A stretch of DNA of 64,000 nucleotides from Octopus vulgaris (lineage: Eukaryota). Shown here piece after piece: positions 11,622 to 23,778 of this stretch. The DNA is taken from assembly GCA_951406725.2 (NCBI GenBank), contig OX597838.1, forward strand, positions 34,472,001 to 34,536,000, written 5' to 3'. The notes below the pieces were generated by a model. It was not told where the DNA came from. It saw only the letters and a program-made list of their open reading frames with translations, and did not search any database. Made by a program: the position numbers and the translations under genes. Within the stretch, counting starts at the first letter, position 1. Every line of letters begins with the position of its first letter.

Positions 11622-13002
11622 CACTTTGATATTGAATTACATCAAAATGGCAGAGACACCATTGTGCTGCTGCAGTTTTAACAACTCACTCACAAAATGT
11701 CAAAATATTCAACAAAACTCTGTGTAAAATGCTTGAATCAGTCAGTTTGTAGAGAGTTTTTCTGTCTAGTGCCATTGGAATTTAGGGATAATTACCAAAT
11801 TTGTATTTTCATTGTTGCTGCTTCTACTGCTGTCATATACAGACTGATGATGGCACATAAACCTTGCTCAGCATTTTAATTGGTGCATCCAGTATCAAAT
11901 GCCAAATCTGATTGGTTCAACATTTCGACCAATAAAATAATTTTGTCAGTATTAACCCTTTTGCTACCATATTTGTTGAAATACATGCTTTTGTTTCAAT
12001 TGATTGTGAAAATAATAAAGAATTTTGTAAAAAACTTTGTCATTATTAACCCTCTTTTTACTGTGCTTCCATCGAAATATTCTGTCTTTCTTTCAATTAA
12101 TTTTGAAATTTCTGAAGAATTCTGTAAAATAACTTTATCATTCTGCTGTGTCTGGAGAGAGTCATTTTCTTTTTGTGCCTACTCACCGGTAAAATTTCCA
12201 CTTATTTCTTATTTTTATTTTCCTAAAATTTTTGTTGCGTCTTGCAACCTTTTCAAGTCTTGAAACTTTATTGTTAAAGATAGTGTTAAGACAATGAGCT
12301 GGCAAAATCGGTACCACACCAGATAAAACACTCACTGCTATTTCAGTTGTCTTTATATTCTGAGTTCAAATTCCTAAAACACCTAAACCTTGCGTATAAT
12401 ACGCACCCTTTCTCTAACTTGAGTCAAGGAGGTTTATATAATGTCCTTGGTTTGTAAAACTATATGGTAACATCCTTTATTACTATTGTATATATAACAT
12501 AATGCAAACGTGTAGCTTTTTTGTGCATTTTGTTTGCAGAAAATAAAGAAATAACAGTGATAACGTTTAATAAATGTTGCTTACTGCAAGTTATGGATGA
12601 TTCTTTTATGACTTCATTGCTTTCAGGCTCAGCTTAAGGTATTTTCACGCCCGACATCATAAAATGCATCTGAATAAGCATTGCCGGACAGCAAATAGAG
12701 ACTCGGACATTGCTTAGAAAGTATTTTTCATTTTTAACCTTGTATATAGTACGCAGTAGGGATTTTGACCTTTAAATTTTGGGGAAAAAATGCGGATTAT
12801 ACTCAAGGATTTACGGTGGTTTGTGATCCTTCTTATGCAAACCCATGCAAATTGTACCCTTGACTTTTAAACAAATAATAACTTCCATTACACCAGTAAT
12901 CCAGTTCAATATATATCAGTTGTGCTGATTCCGCCCATAAGAAAGGAACAAATAATACAATGTGACTGTAGGTCATAACACCCATGCAACACCAGGATAT
13001 AA

Positions 13003-13330
13003 TAATAATAATAATGAAATTATTGTATCCAGTGCTCAGGTGCACCACAACTTGTCAGAAAGTGCGTATAGAGTATATGCAGTAATGTACAAATGTCTGG
13101 AAAGCGAACAGTGTATGAGTCAGTTAGATGCTTGTGTATGTATGGAGGGGAGAAAATCAGGTGTAGTGTTGGTGAATCTCAGGAAGCATGGAAGTTTTGA
13201 AGGATGCAGTGCTCCGACAACTAACAACTGATGCCGGCAGTTTGTTCCATGCTTCAGCAACTCTCCGCGTGAAAAAATGTTTCCTAAAGTCATGGGAGCT
13301 GTGCTGTTTTCTGACTTTGTAGGTCATAAC
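13003..13330 (-). mobile_element. 3' end of the same CR1/L2-like LINE family
   Basis: KVRKQHSSHDFRKHFFTRRVAEAWNKLP and a 3' UTR matching the 56290 copy. Confidence 0.8.
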
Positions 13331-14150
13331 ACCCACGCAACACAAGGATGAATTGCTAGTACATATATATATATAATATTATGACGCCACTCCGCTGGCT
13401 AAGCGAGTAGGCCAACAGAAGAAAGAGTACAGCAGGGCTTGCCACCACCCCCTGCCGGAGCCTCGTGGAGCTTTAGGTGTTTTCGCTCAATAAACACTCA
13501 CAACACCTGGTCTGGGAATCGAAACCGTGATCCTACAACTGCGAGTCCACTGCCCTAACCGCTGGACCATTGCGCATCCACACATATTTATCAGCCTGCT
13601 CTTCTGCTTTTGGTCTTTCCACTTATCTTGGAGTCAATAAATGCTATTCTGCCTGCCGTTCCCCAGCCAGTTTTGGAGGCCTTAAAAAAGAGCCATGCAT
13701 ACTAGCCTTTCTCTCACACAAAAAAAAAGCAACAACTCACCTAAGTTTTTACAAGTATTTATTAATTTAACAATGTGGTTAGGAATAATATGCTCAGATT
13801 AATGTTCCTCTATCATCAAATATGTCAACAGTTTCAATAACAATGGTATAGCTTTTCAAAACATTGGGTAAAAACTATAGATGATAATAACTTTGTGACT
13901 GTATTTAAGAACTCTTGTAAACAAAATTGTGGTAAAAAGATAACTGGAGTGGAAATGAGGTGGAGATAGAGTTGGAAGAACCAATGGGCTGTCAGTGGTT
14001 AGATAAGACCTAAACAAAACAAATAAGATGATTATCTACTAACTACTGCTGTTTCTTAACCCCAGGTCAACTCTGATCCAACAGACCTGTGAACATTGAT
14101 ATTCCAGCCATGCTCATCCTGTCTTTTTAAATAAGATTTATCTCAAACTA

Positions 14151-14726
14151 TTGGGTTGTCCGGAAAGTTGGTGCCGATTTATAGTAGCTTACCTTTCGAC
14201 TTATTTGAGAACATGTTTGAGTCCATAAAATAGGATTTGACTTCACCTCCATTTAGAACACAGCTTAAGCTATCTTTTCGTGGAAGAAGGTTTATGTTTC
14301 TATAACCTGTGTTAATTCTGTAACCCTTTAAAATGGAAGATAAGAAAGTTCATTTTTGGCACTTGATGCTTTTCTTTTTTTCCGTAAAGGGAAAAATGCC
14401 TTACAAACAACCAAAGAAATATGCGCAGTTTACGGTGATGTTTCTTTATCTGAAAGAACTCTAAGGAAGTGGTTCACAAGGTTCCGAGCTGGAGATTGTA
14501 GCCTTATTGATAAAGAGCAATCAGGCAGACCATCCACTACAGATGATGACCAAATCAAGTCATTAATTGAGAATAACCCACATTGCACAACCCGAGAATT
14601 GGCAGAAAGCTTCAACCTATCAAAATCCGTCGTTCATGAGCACCTGGTAAAGCTTGGATAATGGCAAGTTTTTATTGACCTTTTTGTTTCCTTTAAAAAT
14701 CGGCACAAACTTTCCGGACAACCCAA
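14151..14726 (+). mobile_element. Internally deleted mariner element
   Basis: TA-flanked TIRs TTGGGTTGTCCGGAAAGTT; N-terminal HTH remnant (ERTLRKWFTRFRAGD, SGRP, TTRELA); catalytic domain missing. Confidence 0.88.
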
Positions 14727-15108
14727 TACAATACATTGCATATAACCCTTTTGTTACCACGTTTATGTGGAAATATACTGCCTTTATTTCAATTAAATTT
14801 GAAAGCAATGAAGAATTTATCAAATTAACCTCGTTATTATTAAACTGGAGTCTGGAATACAAATTAACATAAAATTTTGATGGAGGTTTTAATTTAGACC
14901 ATTTTAAAACAGTGAATTTGTATTAGAGTACCAGGAGTGGTTTCAGGCAGAATGGTATCAAAAGGGTTAACATGTCACCTCCTTTTTCATTTTTTTTGAC
15001 AATAGGAATGTATTATTTGAAAGATATTTAGCTGCTTTTTCAAGCAAGCTGAGTAGCAACATAAAAGCTATTTCATTAAACTTGTAATGCTTCTGTCATA
15101 GAAAGTTG

Positions 15109-15359
15109 TCACTTTGGTATAGAATCCATGTCAGAATTAGTTGGCTGTTTAGCTTTTGGAATATCTTGGACTTGTTCTGTTTTGTAACTTGCATTAGAGA
15201 CATCATTCCGGGGCTCAACATCACTTGTTACCAAGATGTCTTTCGCAATACATTCATTCATCAATCCACTGGCATATAGTCTTCTTTCTTTTGCTTCGTC
15301 AGCTTCTTGCCACATCTGCAGCGGGGAGGAATGAATCTCAGAACTCAATTCTTCATTAC
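15109..15359 (-). CDS. DIABLO: Smac/DIABLO-like protein, last exon
   Basis: ttttcaaag acceptor; G+GT=Gly; GNEELSSEIHSSPLQMWQEADEAKERRLYASGLMNECIAKDIL...DSIPK-TGA; CDS totals 741 nt (246 aa). Confidence 0.78.
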
Positions 15360-15392
15360 CTTTGAAAATATAAAAGAAAATTCAATTTAAAT

Positions 15393-15917
15393 CCCGTAAA
15401 TCCTTGAGTATAATCCGCATTTTTTCCCCCAAAATTCAAAGGTCAAAATCCCTAGTGTGTACTATATATACGAGGTTAAAAATGAAAAATATTTTCTAAG
15501 CAATGTCCGAATCTCTATTTGCTGTCTGGCTATGTTTATTCAGACGCATTTTCTGATGTCGGGCGCGAAAATACCTTAAGCTAAGCCTGAAAGCAATGAA
15601 GTCATAAAAGAATCATCCATAACTTGCAGTAAGCAACATTTATTAAAATAAAAGTATTCAGAACACAGAATAACATGTAAGAAAAACAATTTGCAAACAT
15701 ATTTACATTCCCATATAACAGTTAAGAACATCACCATTATTGTATTACGCATGCGCGGACATGTTTGTTTGACTAGGTGCTGCTGGCTTAATTATGCACA
15801 ACTCAAGTTAGAGAAGGGGTGCATATTATACACAAGGTTTAGGTTTTCAGAAGTACAGCCCCCTAAAAATTCCCTGTGTATTATACTCAAGGGCGTAGTA
15901 TACTCGAGGATTTACGG
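15393..15917. mobile_element. pogo/Tigger-like MITE (inverted partial copy about 12376-12817)
   Basis: TIR CCGTAAATCCTYGAGTATA / TATACTCGAGGATTTACGG. Confidence 0.7.
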
Positions 15918-17730
15918 TAGCTACCATTTGTTAAGGTTACCACTACAGATAAGCAATGAGTTCGTGGATGGTTAATGGGTTGGATGGGTGCTGATTAAGG
16001 TGCAAAAACACCTGGAATATGTCATATACGCCCATTTCTCATTTCTCATCTTTGATCTCACCAGGTAACCTTGTACTTCTTCTTTGGCTGGGTAACCTAT
16101 TTCTTTATTACCCACAAGGGGCTAAATATAGAGGGGACAAACAAGGACAGACATAGGTATTAAGTCGATTACATCAACCCCAGTGCATAACTGGTACTTA
16201 ATTTATCGACCCCGAAAGGATGAAAGGCAAAGTCGACCTTGGCGGAATTTGAACTCACAACGTAACGGCAGATGAAATACCGCTAAGCATTTCGCCCAGT
16301 GTGCTAACGTTTCTGCCAGCTCATCACCTTCTGTAACCTTGTACTTCCTCTTTGGCTGGGTAACCTTGTACTTCCTCTTCAGCAAGACACCTATATCTGT
16401 CTCACTATATCCTCTTCATCATCACCTCCTCCAATGATGATCTCATTGTTATTCACATTAGGTGTACTCGGACGATATGAAACATCGTAACAAAATCAGT
16501 GCTGGCTATAATTTCTATAAAAAATCTGTAGAGATAACCTTGTCAAGAGATTTGATAGCACTGCTAACACAGTCATGACTTATTTGGTTTCAAATTTTGG
16601 CACAAGGCCAGCAAGTTTGGGGGAGTGGGGTAAGTCAATTATATGAACCCCAGAATTCATCAGGTACTTATTTTATTGACCCTAAAAGGATGAAAGGCAA
16701 AGCCAACCTCAGCAGAATTTGAACTCAGAAAAGGCAGCGAGCTGGCAGAATTGTTAGAACGCCAGGCGAAATGCCTAGCGGTATTTTGTCTGCAGTTACG
16801 TTCTGAGTTCAAATTCTGCCGAGGTCGACTTTGCCTGTCATCCTTTTGGAATCAATTAACTAAGTACCAGTTACACACTGGGGTCAGTATGATCGACTTA
16901 ATCCCTTTGTCTGTCCTTCTTTGTCCCCTCTGTGTATAGCTCCTTGTGGGCAGGCACGTAAAAAACACCATCCATTCATGTCTGTTGCCAGCCTCGGCTG
17001 GCCCCCGTGCCGGTGGCACATAAAAAGCACCATCCGTTCATGGCCGTTTGCCAGCTTTGTCTGGCACCTGTGTGGGTGGCACGTAAAAAGCACCCACTAC
17101 ATTCATGGAGTGGTTGGCGTTAGGAAGGGCATCCAGCCGTAGAAACACTGCCAGATCAGACTGGGCCTGATGAAGCCTTCCGGCTTCACAGACCCCAGTT
17201 GAACCGTCCAACCCATGCTAGCATGGAAAACGGACGCTAAACGATGATGATGATGATGATGATGAATTCAGAATGTAGAGACAACCAGATATTGGTTTCA
17301 AATTTTGGCACAAGGCCAACAAGTTTGAGGGAGGGGGTAAGTTAATTATATCAACCCCAGTGTTCAACTGGTACTTATTTTATTGACCCCAAAAGGATGA
17401 AAGGTAATGTTAACCTCAGTAGAATTTGAATTGAATTTCATCCATAAAAATACATGAAATGCCACTAATCATGTTAATGATTCTGCCAGCTCACTGCCTT
17501 TAACCAATTTGTCTTCCAACTCTGCCAGTCCCACATCTTAGTTTTGATACAATAACGAGCATATTGGCGCAGGAGTGGCTGTGTGGTAAGTAGCTTGCTT
17601 ATGAACCACATGGTTCCGGGTTCAGTCCCACTGTGTGGCACCTTGGGCAAGTGTCTTCTACTATAGCCTCGGGCCGACCAAAGCCTTGTGAGTGGATTTG
17701 GTTGACGGAAACTGAAAGAAGCCCGTCGAA

Positions 17731-17786
<56 letters not shown>

Positions 17787-18024
17787 CATGTATGTTTGTG
17801 TGCCTGTGTTTGTTCCCCTAGCATTGCTTGACAACCGATGCTGGTGTGTTTATGTCCCCGTCACTTAGCGGTTCGGCAAAAGAGACCGATAGAATAAGTA
17901 CTGGGCTTACAAAGAATAAATCCTGGGGTCAAGTTGCTCGATTAAAGGCGGTGCTCCAGCATGGCCACAGACAAATGACTGAAACAAGTAAAAGAGAGAA
18001 AAGAGAGTATATGACTGCACTAAC

Positions 18025-18094
18025 CTGACATAAAGGCAACTTCCGCTAACTGCACGATTAGCCTGTTCATACTGCTTAAAACCATTTGTAATTT
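18025..18094 (-). CDS. DIABLO: Smac/DIABLO-like protein, exon 4 (not in ORF track)
   Basis: ctttccag acceptor; KLQMVLSSMNRLIVQLAEVAFMSG resembles human [24 protein letters not shown]; phase 0/1; donor gttagt. Confidence 0.8.
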
Positions 18095-18930
18095 CTGGAA
18101 AGAAGATGAAGAAACTTTGAGGAAAATCACTTAAAATACCATAAATTTACAAAATGAGTGAATTTGGTAGAAGGAAGCCTGGGGGTTGTAAATGAGCATC
18201 ACTGTCATACAAGCGAAGATTATTCGACCTTTGGAAGTATGTTGTGCATGAGAAGACCCGGCAGGACAAGTGAGGCCATAACCCGTGGCCTCTACCTGGG
18301 ACGTAGTCAGTCCACCTGTGCATACCTTTCCTTCTTGGGACACAAAACTCTATTTGTGAAGACCTGTTAAGGCAAGTGAAAATCAAAATCGAAATCGATC
18401 AACATCAATGGAAATTGTAGCTGTGATACCAGTGCCGGTGGCACGTAAGAGAACCATCCGAACGTGGCCGCAGCCAGCGCCGCATCGACTGGCCTCTGTG
18501 CCGGTGGCACGTAAAAAGCACCACCCGATCGTGGCCGTTCGCCAGCCTCGCCTGGCCTCTGTGCCGGTGGCATGTAAAAAGCACCCACTACACTCATGGA
18601 CTGGTTGGTGTTAGGAAGGGCATCCAGCTGTAGAAACACTGCCAGATCTGACTGGGCCTGGTGCAGCCTTCGGGCTTCCCAGACCCCAGTTGAACCGTCC
18701 AACCCATGCTAGCATGGAAAGCGGACGTTAAATGATGATGATGACGATGATGATGATGATCTTCCATGAAAAACATGTCTGGCCATGGGCGAATATTACC
18801 TTGAATGGAACCAATGAGAGTTGGTGAGAGGAAGGGCATCCAGCTGTAAAAAATTTGCTTTGGTAAATTTCACCTAACCCATGGAGAGAGAGAGAGAGAG
18901 AGGTGGGGAGATAATGATAGACAGAAAGAT

Positions 18931-19053
18931 TATTTACATTTGTTATTTGTTATTAACACAACGCTTCAGCTGATATACCCTCCATCCTTCTTCAGGTGTC
19001 TTGGGGAAATTTCGAACCTGGGTTCTCATTTCTAAGGTATTTTTTTATTATTA

Positions 19054-19094
<41 letters not shown>

Positions 19095-19365
19095 GTCATT
19101 ATTATCATTATTATTGTTATTGCTCAGGTCACTGCTTGGAATCGAACTTGGAATCTTGGTGTTAGTAGCCCGCACTCTTAACCACTACGCCATATGCCCG
19201 TAGGCATGAGAACCCAGGTTTGAAATTTCCCCAAGACTCCTGATGAAGGCTGGAGGATATATCAGCCAAAACGTGTTTACAACAAACAAGATGAGGACAA
19301 ATATCCGTCAAATGTAAATAATGTAAATAATGTACATAATTCCTCATCTCTTAAATATAGAACTG
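18931..19365 (-). mobile_element. Non-autonomous retroelement: tRNA-like head, (AAT)n, and inverted arms each with a minimal hammerhead motif
   Basis: 13-bp TSD TAGACAGAAAGAT (18918-18930, 19366-19378); arms 18931-19030 and 19206-19330 are inverted; cores CTGAAGA..GAAG and CTGATGA..AAAA; A box TGGCGTAGTGG and B box GTTCGATTCC on minus strand. Confidence 0.75.
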
Positions 19366-19479
19366 TAGACAGAAAGATATACAGCTTGATAGCTATAACT
19401 ACACAAACAGACAGACACAAAGGTAAGCTGGTGTTCAAAATTAAGCCTTCATGGGCCTAATTTTACAGCACGGCTAAAT

Positions 19480-20117
19480 GCACATGGAGAGGACTTCATA
19501 TTTATTCTTTATAACCTACGATCATTCGGAAAGCTCACAGCAGCCATATTCCTACCGCTCTATGTCATGCTGGTGAGACCCATATTGGAGTACGGGATTC
19601 AAGCCTCTTCTCCTTATCTCCTCAAAGACATACATCATCTCGAAAGAGTCCAGAAGCTGGTTACCCGCATGGTTCTTGGTCCAAGCATTTGTCTTATGAA
19701 GAAAGGCTGAAGACGCACTACCTTTATTCTCTAGAAAAACGACGATGCCGCGGTGATCTCATTCTTGCTCACGACATCATAAGCGGAAAGTGTAACCTCT
19801 CGAAAGAGCTGTTCTTCACTCCTGCTCCAGAGCGTAGGCTGCGGGGCCACTCCGAAAAGTTCTATCTGCGACGATTTCATCTCAATCGAAGGAGAGGGGC
19901 TTTCTCCGTCCGGGTTGTGGATCCGTGGAATAAGCTGCCGGACGAGATAGTGAAGATGCCGACGACCGCTTGGTTCAAAGTCTCTCTTGACCAGAAATGG
20001 CCTGAACTCTTTGCATGAACACCCCTGTACATAACTCCATGTCTCCCTACATGGCCTTGCTTTTTGCTTTTTGAGCCAAAAAATTAACTTAACTTAACTT
20101 AACTTAACTTAACTTAA
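19480..20117 (+). mobile_element. CR1-like LINE 3' fragment (second family)
   Basis: LVRPILEYG...LERVQK, YEERLK...SLEKRRCRGDLI...FSVRVVDPWNKLP; (TTAAC)n tail 20085-20117. Confidence 0.85.
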
Positions 20118-20659
20118 TTACTGGATTACTTTATGCAAATGAGTTGTTAACTTCTTACTATTATGCAAATGAGTCATGTCACGATTTCATACTTTAATCA
20201 GTAGCATTTTGCTCATCCATTTTGGTACCTTAATCTTGTGAAGGAAATATAAGCAAATCCTGATGAATTTTTAAATAACAAGTCCAATTAATTTGGTTCC
20301 CTTAATTTCGCAGCAAGTTAATTAGATATGGATCATCATTATCATCATGTGGCGATTTGCTGTATTTGATAAGATGGATAAAGCTAAGTAAAATCACTGT
20401 CTTCCACACATACAGGTTTGTCCTTTCTGGTGCTGGCTGATGCCACATTAAAAGTACTTGGGCCAGTGCACCCAGCACATTCTGTTAAGTGGTTGGTGTT
20501 AAGAAGGGCATCTAACCTCAGAAGCCACGCCACAACAGACAACTGGAATCTGGACAGCTCCCAGCTGACAAGCTCCATGTCAAACTGTCCAACCCATCCC
20601 AGCATGGAGAGCTGATGTTAAACAATGATGATGATGATGATATATATATATATATATAT

Positions 20660-20973
20660 AACGTTATATAATTAGGGTTCAGTAAAATAATTTACTTTAC
20701 CACACACTGAAACTTTTAGAAATAGCAGCGAAAAAGTTTTTTTAGCCATTTCTTCTACCATAAGAAAAATCTCCCATACAGTGTTTACTCAAAAATAATT
20801 CACGTAGATATGGAGGGAATTAGATATCTACGTGAAATATTTTTGAATAAACACTATCTGGGAGATTTTTCTTATGGTAGAAGAAATGGCTAAAAAACTT
20901 TTTGGCTGCTATTTCTAAAAGTTTCAGTGTGTGGTAAAGTAAATTATTTTACTGAGCCCTAATTATATAACGT
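20660..20973. repeat. Imperfect foldback of a Penelope-like terminal sequence in (TA)n
   Basis: About 150-bp arms with a 12-nt spacer near 20811-20822; same sequence family at 39945-40100 and 10170-10340. Confidence 0.78.
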
Positions 20974-21348
20974 AATATTTTAAATATACCTTGAATGGTC
21001 CTTTTACATACTGAACACTACTTGGTGAAATTAATTAATAATTAATTAATTTTACCCTTTTATTATTGATAATATATATATATATATATGTCACGATTCC
21101 ATACTTTAATCAGTAGCATTTTGCTCACTATTTTGGTACCTTGATATATATATATATAGTTCATCTGAACAAAGAGAAAACACAACAACGCGAGGACGTG
21201 GAACAAGTATAGTGTTATTGGATGCTCAGGAAAGGAAAGAAAGAAAGAGGATATATATATATATTCACCATTTAAAAGTGCATATTGTGGTATAACTCAC
21301 AAATACTGTGATATTTACCAAGAGAGAAAAACTCTCATATTTCCTTAC

Positions 21349-21483
21349 CTGGATTTTGTCTTTGCAATCATTTATTTCTGTTCGAGTGTCAATGATGAGA
21401 CACCATAATCTTTCCCCTTCTTCATCAAGGTGGCCTACACGTTTCATATAGTCAGAGTAATAATTTATGAGTTTATAGATGAG
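21349..21483 (-). CDS. DIABLO: Smac/DIABLO-like protein, exon 3
   Basis: LIYKLINYYSDYMKRVGHLDEEGERLWCLIIDTRTEINDCKDKIQ resembles human [37 protein letters not shown] as recalled; ttttgcag and gtaagg sites. Confidence 0.82.
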
Positions 21484-22431
21484 CTGCAAAAAATAAAATA
21501 ATGAATAATTAATAAATAAGAATGTTCGTGAAAGATCACAAAGATTATGAATATGGAATGACATAAATTTTAAATAATGGCGCAGGAGTGGCTGTGTGGT
21601 AAGTAGCTTGTTTACCAACCACATGGTTCCGGGTTCAGTCCCACTGCGTGGCACCTTGGGCAAGTGTCTTCTACTATAGCCTCAGGCCCACCAAAGCCTT
21701 GTGAGTGGATTTGGTTGACGGAAACTGAAAGAAGCCTGTTGTATATATGTATATATATATATTTATGTATGTGTGTTTGTGTGTCTGTGTTTGTCCCCCT
21801 AGCATTGCTTGACAACCGATGCTGGTGTGTTTATGTCCCCGTCACTTAGCGGTTCGGGGAAAAAGAGACCGATAGAATAAGTACTGGGCTTACAAAAGAA
21901 TAAGTTCCGGGGTCGAGTTGCTCGATTAAAGGTGGTGCTCCAGCATGGCCGCAGTCAAATGACTGGAACAAGTAAAAGAGAATAAAAGAGGAAAAAATGG
22001 CTTCAAATTTTGGCATTGGGCCCGCTGCCGCCACCGCCTCCAATGTTAACTTTACTTTAATCCTTTTTGAGTCAATAAAATAAATATTTATCAAACACTG
22101 GACTCCCTGTTATCAATTTTCCCTCTCCCCAGAAATTACTGGCCTTGCGCTAAAATTTGAAGCTGTTGTTGTTGTTATTATTATTATTATTATTATTAAG
22201 TTGGTGAGCTGGCAGAATCGTTAGCACACTGGATGAAATGCTTAGCCGTATTTCACCTGTCACTACGTTCTGAGTTCAAATCCTGCTGAGGTCGACTTTG
22301 CCTTTCATCCTTTCGGGGGTCAATTAATTAAGTACCACTGATAAATTAAGTACCCCAAAATTTCAGGCCTTCTGCCTATAGTAGAAAGGATTACTATTAC
22401 TACTATTATTATTATTATTACTATTATTATC

Positions 22432-22468
<37 letters not shown>

Positions 22469-23291
22469 AATTTTACTTCTTAGAACACTTAATCTTACTT
22501 GCTCTAGTTAATTCTGTGAGAGTGGACAGCGGCCTGTTGTCAAAGGTCTCTGACGGTCTCTTTCCATGAATCATAAGACTTGATATGTAGATGTCAAGAT
22601 ACTAACACCTAGCACGCCGGGCGAAATGCATAGCCATATTTCATCTGCCATTACGTTCTGAGTTCAAATTCCGCCGAGGTCGACTTTGCCTTTCATCGTT
22701 TCAGGGTCGATAAATTAAGTACCAGTTACGCACTGGGGTCGATATAATTGGCTTAATCCGTTTGTCTGTCTTTGTTTGTCCTCTCTGTGTTTAGCACCTT
22801 CTGGGTAGTAAAGAAATAGGTATTTCGTCTGCTGTTACGTTCTGAGTTCAAATTCCGCCAAGGTCAACTTTGCCTTTCATCATTTCAGGGTCGATAAATT
22901 AAGTACCAGTTACGCACTGGGGTTCGATATAATTGGCTTAATCCGTCTGTCTGTCCTTGTTTGTCCTCTCTGTGTTTAGCCCCTTCTGGGTAGTAAAGAA
23001 ATTCGTACCAATCCCCAAATCCTAGCTGGTGCAAATAGAGCAGATTTTGGGTATGCTCTGCCCACATGTCAATTCCAGTTTCTTAGACATATTTCTTGAA
23101 CTCGGTTGTTAACAATCTGAGTGTCCTCACAACTACTGGGATAACACTCACTCTCTTTATTGCCCACATTCTTGCAAAATTTCTTCTGTTAGTAACTTGC
23201 ATTTTTCTACCTTTTCCAGCTTTTAGTCACCTTTGCATGCATCCCCAGTTATGACAATAAGCTCTTTGTCACCTACGTTTGTGTGTGTGTG

Positions 23292-23778
23292 TGATGCATA
23301 AGATCTGGTCATCAAATCTAAGTAGAGACTTCAAGCTTGAAATCTTCAAAGCCACAGTCTCACCAATTCTACTATATGGCTCAGAAACCTGGACGTTATC
23401 AAAGAAGCTTGAGAGGCGGTTGGATGGAACCTACACTCGCCTCCTTATGAGAGCTCAAAATCTCTCGTGGAAGCGCCATCCAACCAAAATGCAAATATAT
23501 GGGAAACTACCACCTGTGTCATCTCTTGTGAAAGGTAGGAGAGTCCAGTTTTCTGGACATTGTTGTAGAGCTGAAAACGAGGCAATTTCTACTCTTCTCC
23601 TCTGGAAGCCATCTACTCGCAATACCAGAGGGTGCACACTCTCCTACCCTGATGTAATCTCCAGGGATACAGGCATCCAGCAACAGGACCTCCGTAATGC
23701 CATGATGGACTGTGAAGTCTGGCGTAGCATGGTAAATTCCATTGTCTCGACCACGGTCGAACAATGATGATGATGATG
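23292..23778 (+). mobile_element. RTE-clade LINE 3' fragment
   Basis: KIWSSNLSRDFKLEIFKATVSPILLYGSETWTL...; (TGA)n tail. Confidence 0.85.

Noticed and set aside
11069-11727. ORFs and array in the 42-bp repeat
   Set aside because: Head-to-tail minisatellite with in-frame stops in some units and no spacers.
19122-19198. True tRNA gene
   Set aside because: A and B boxes present but stems are poorly paired; followed by (AAT)n inside a mobile element.
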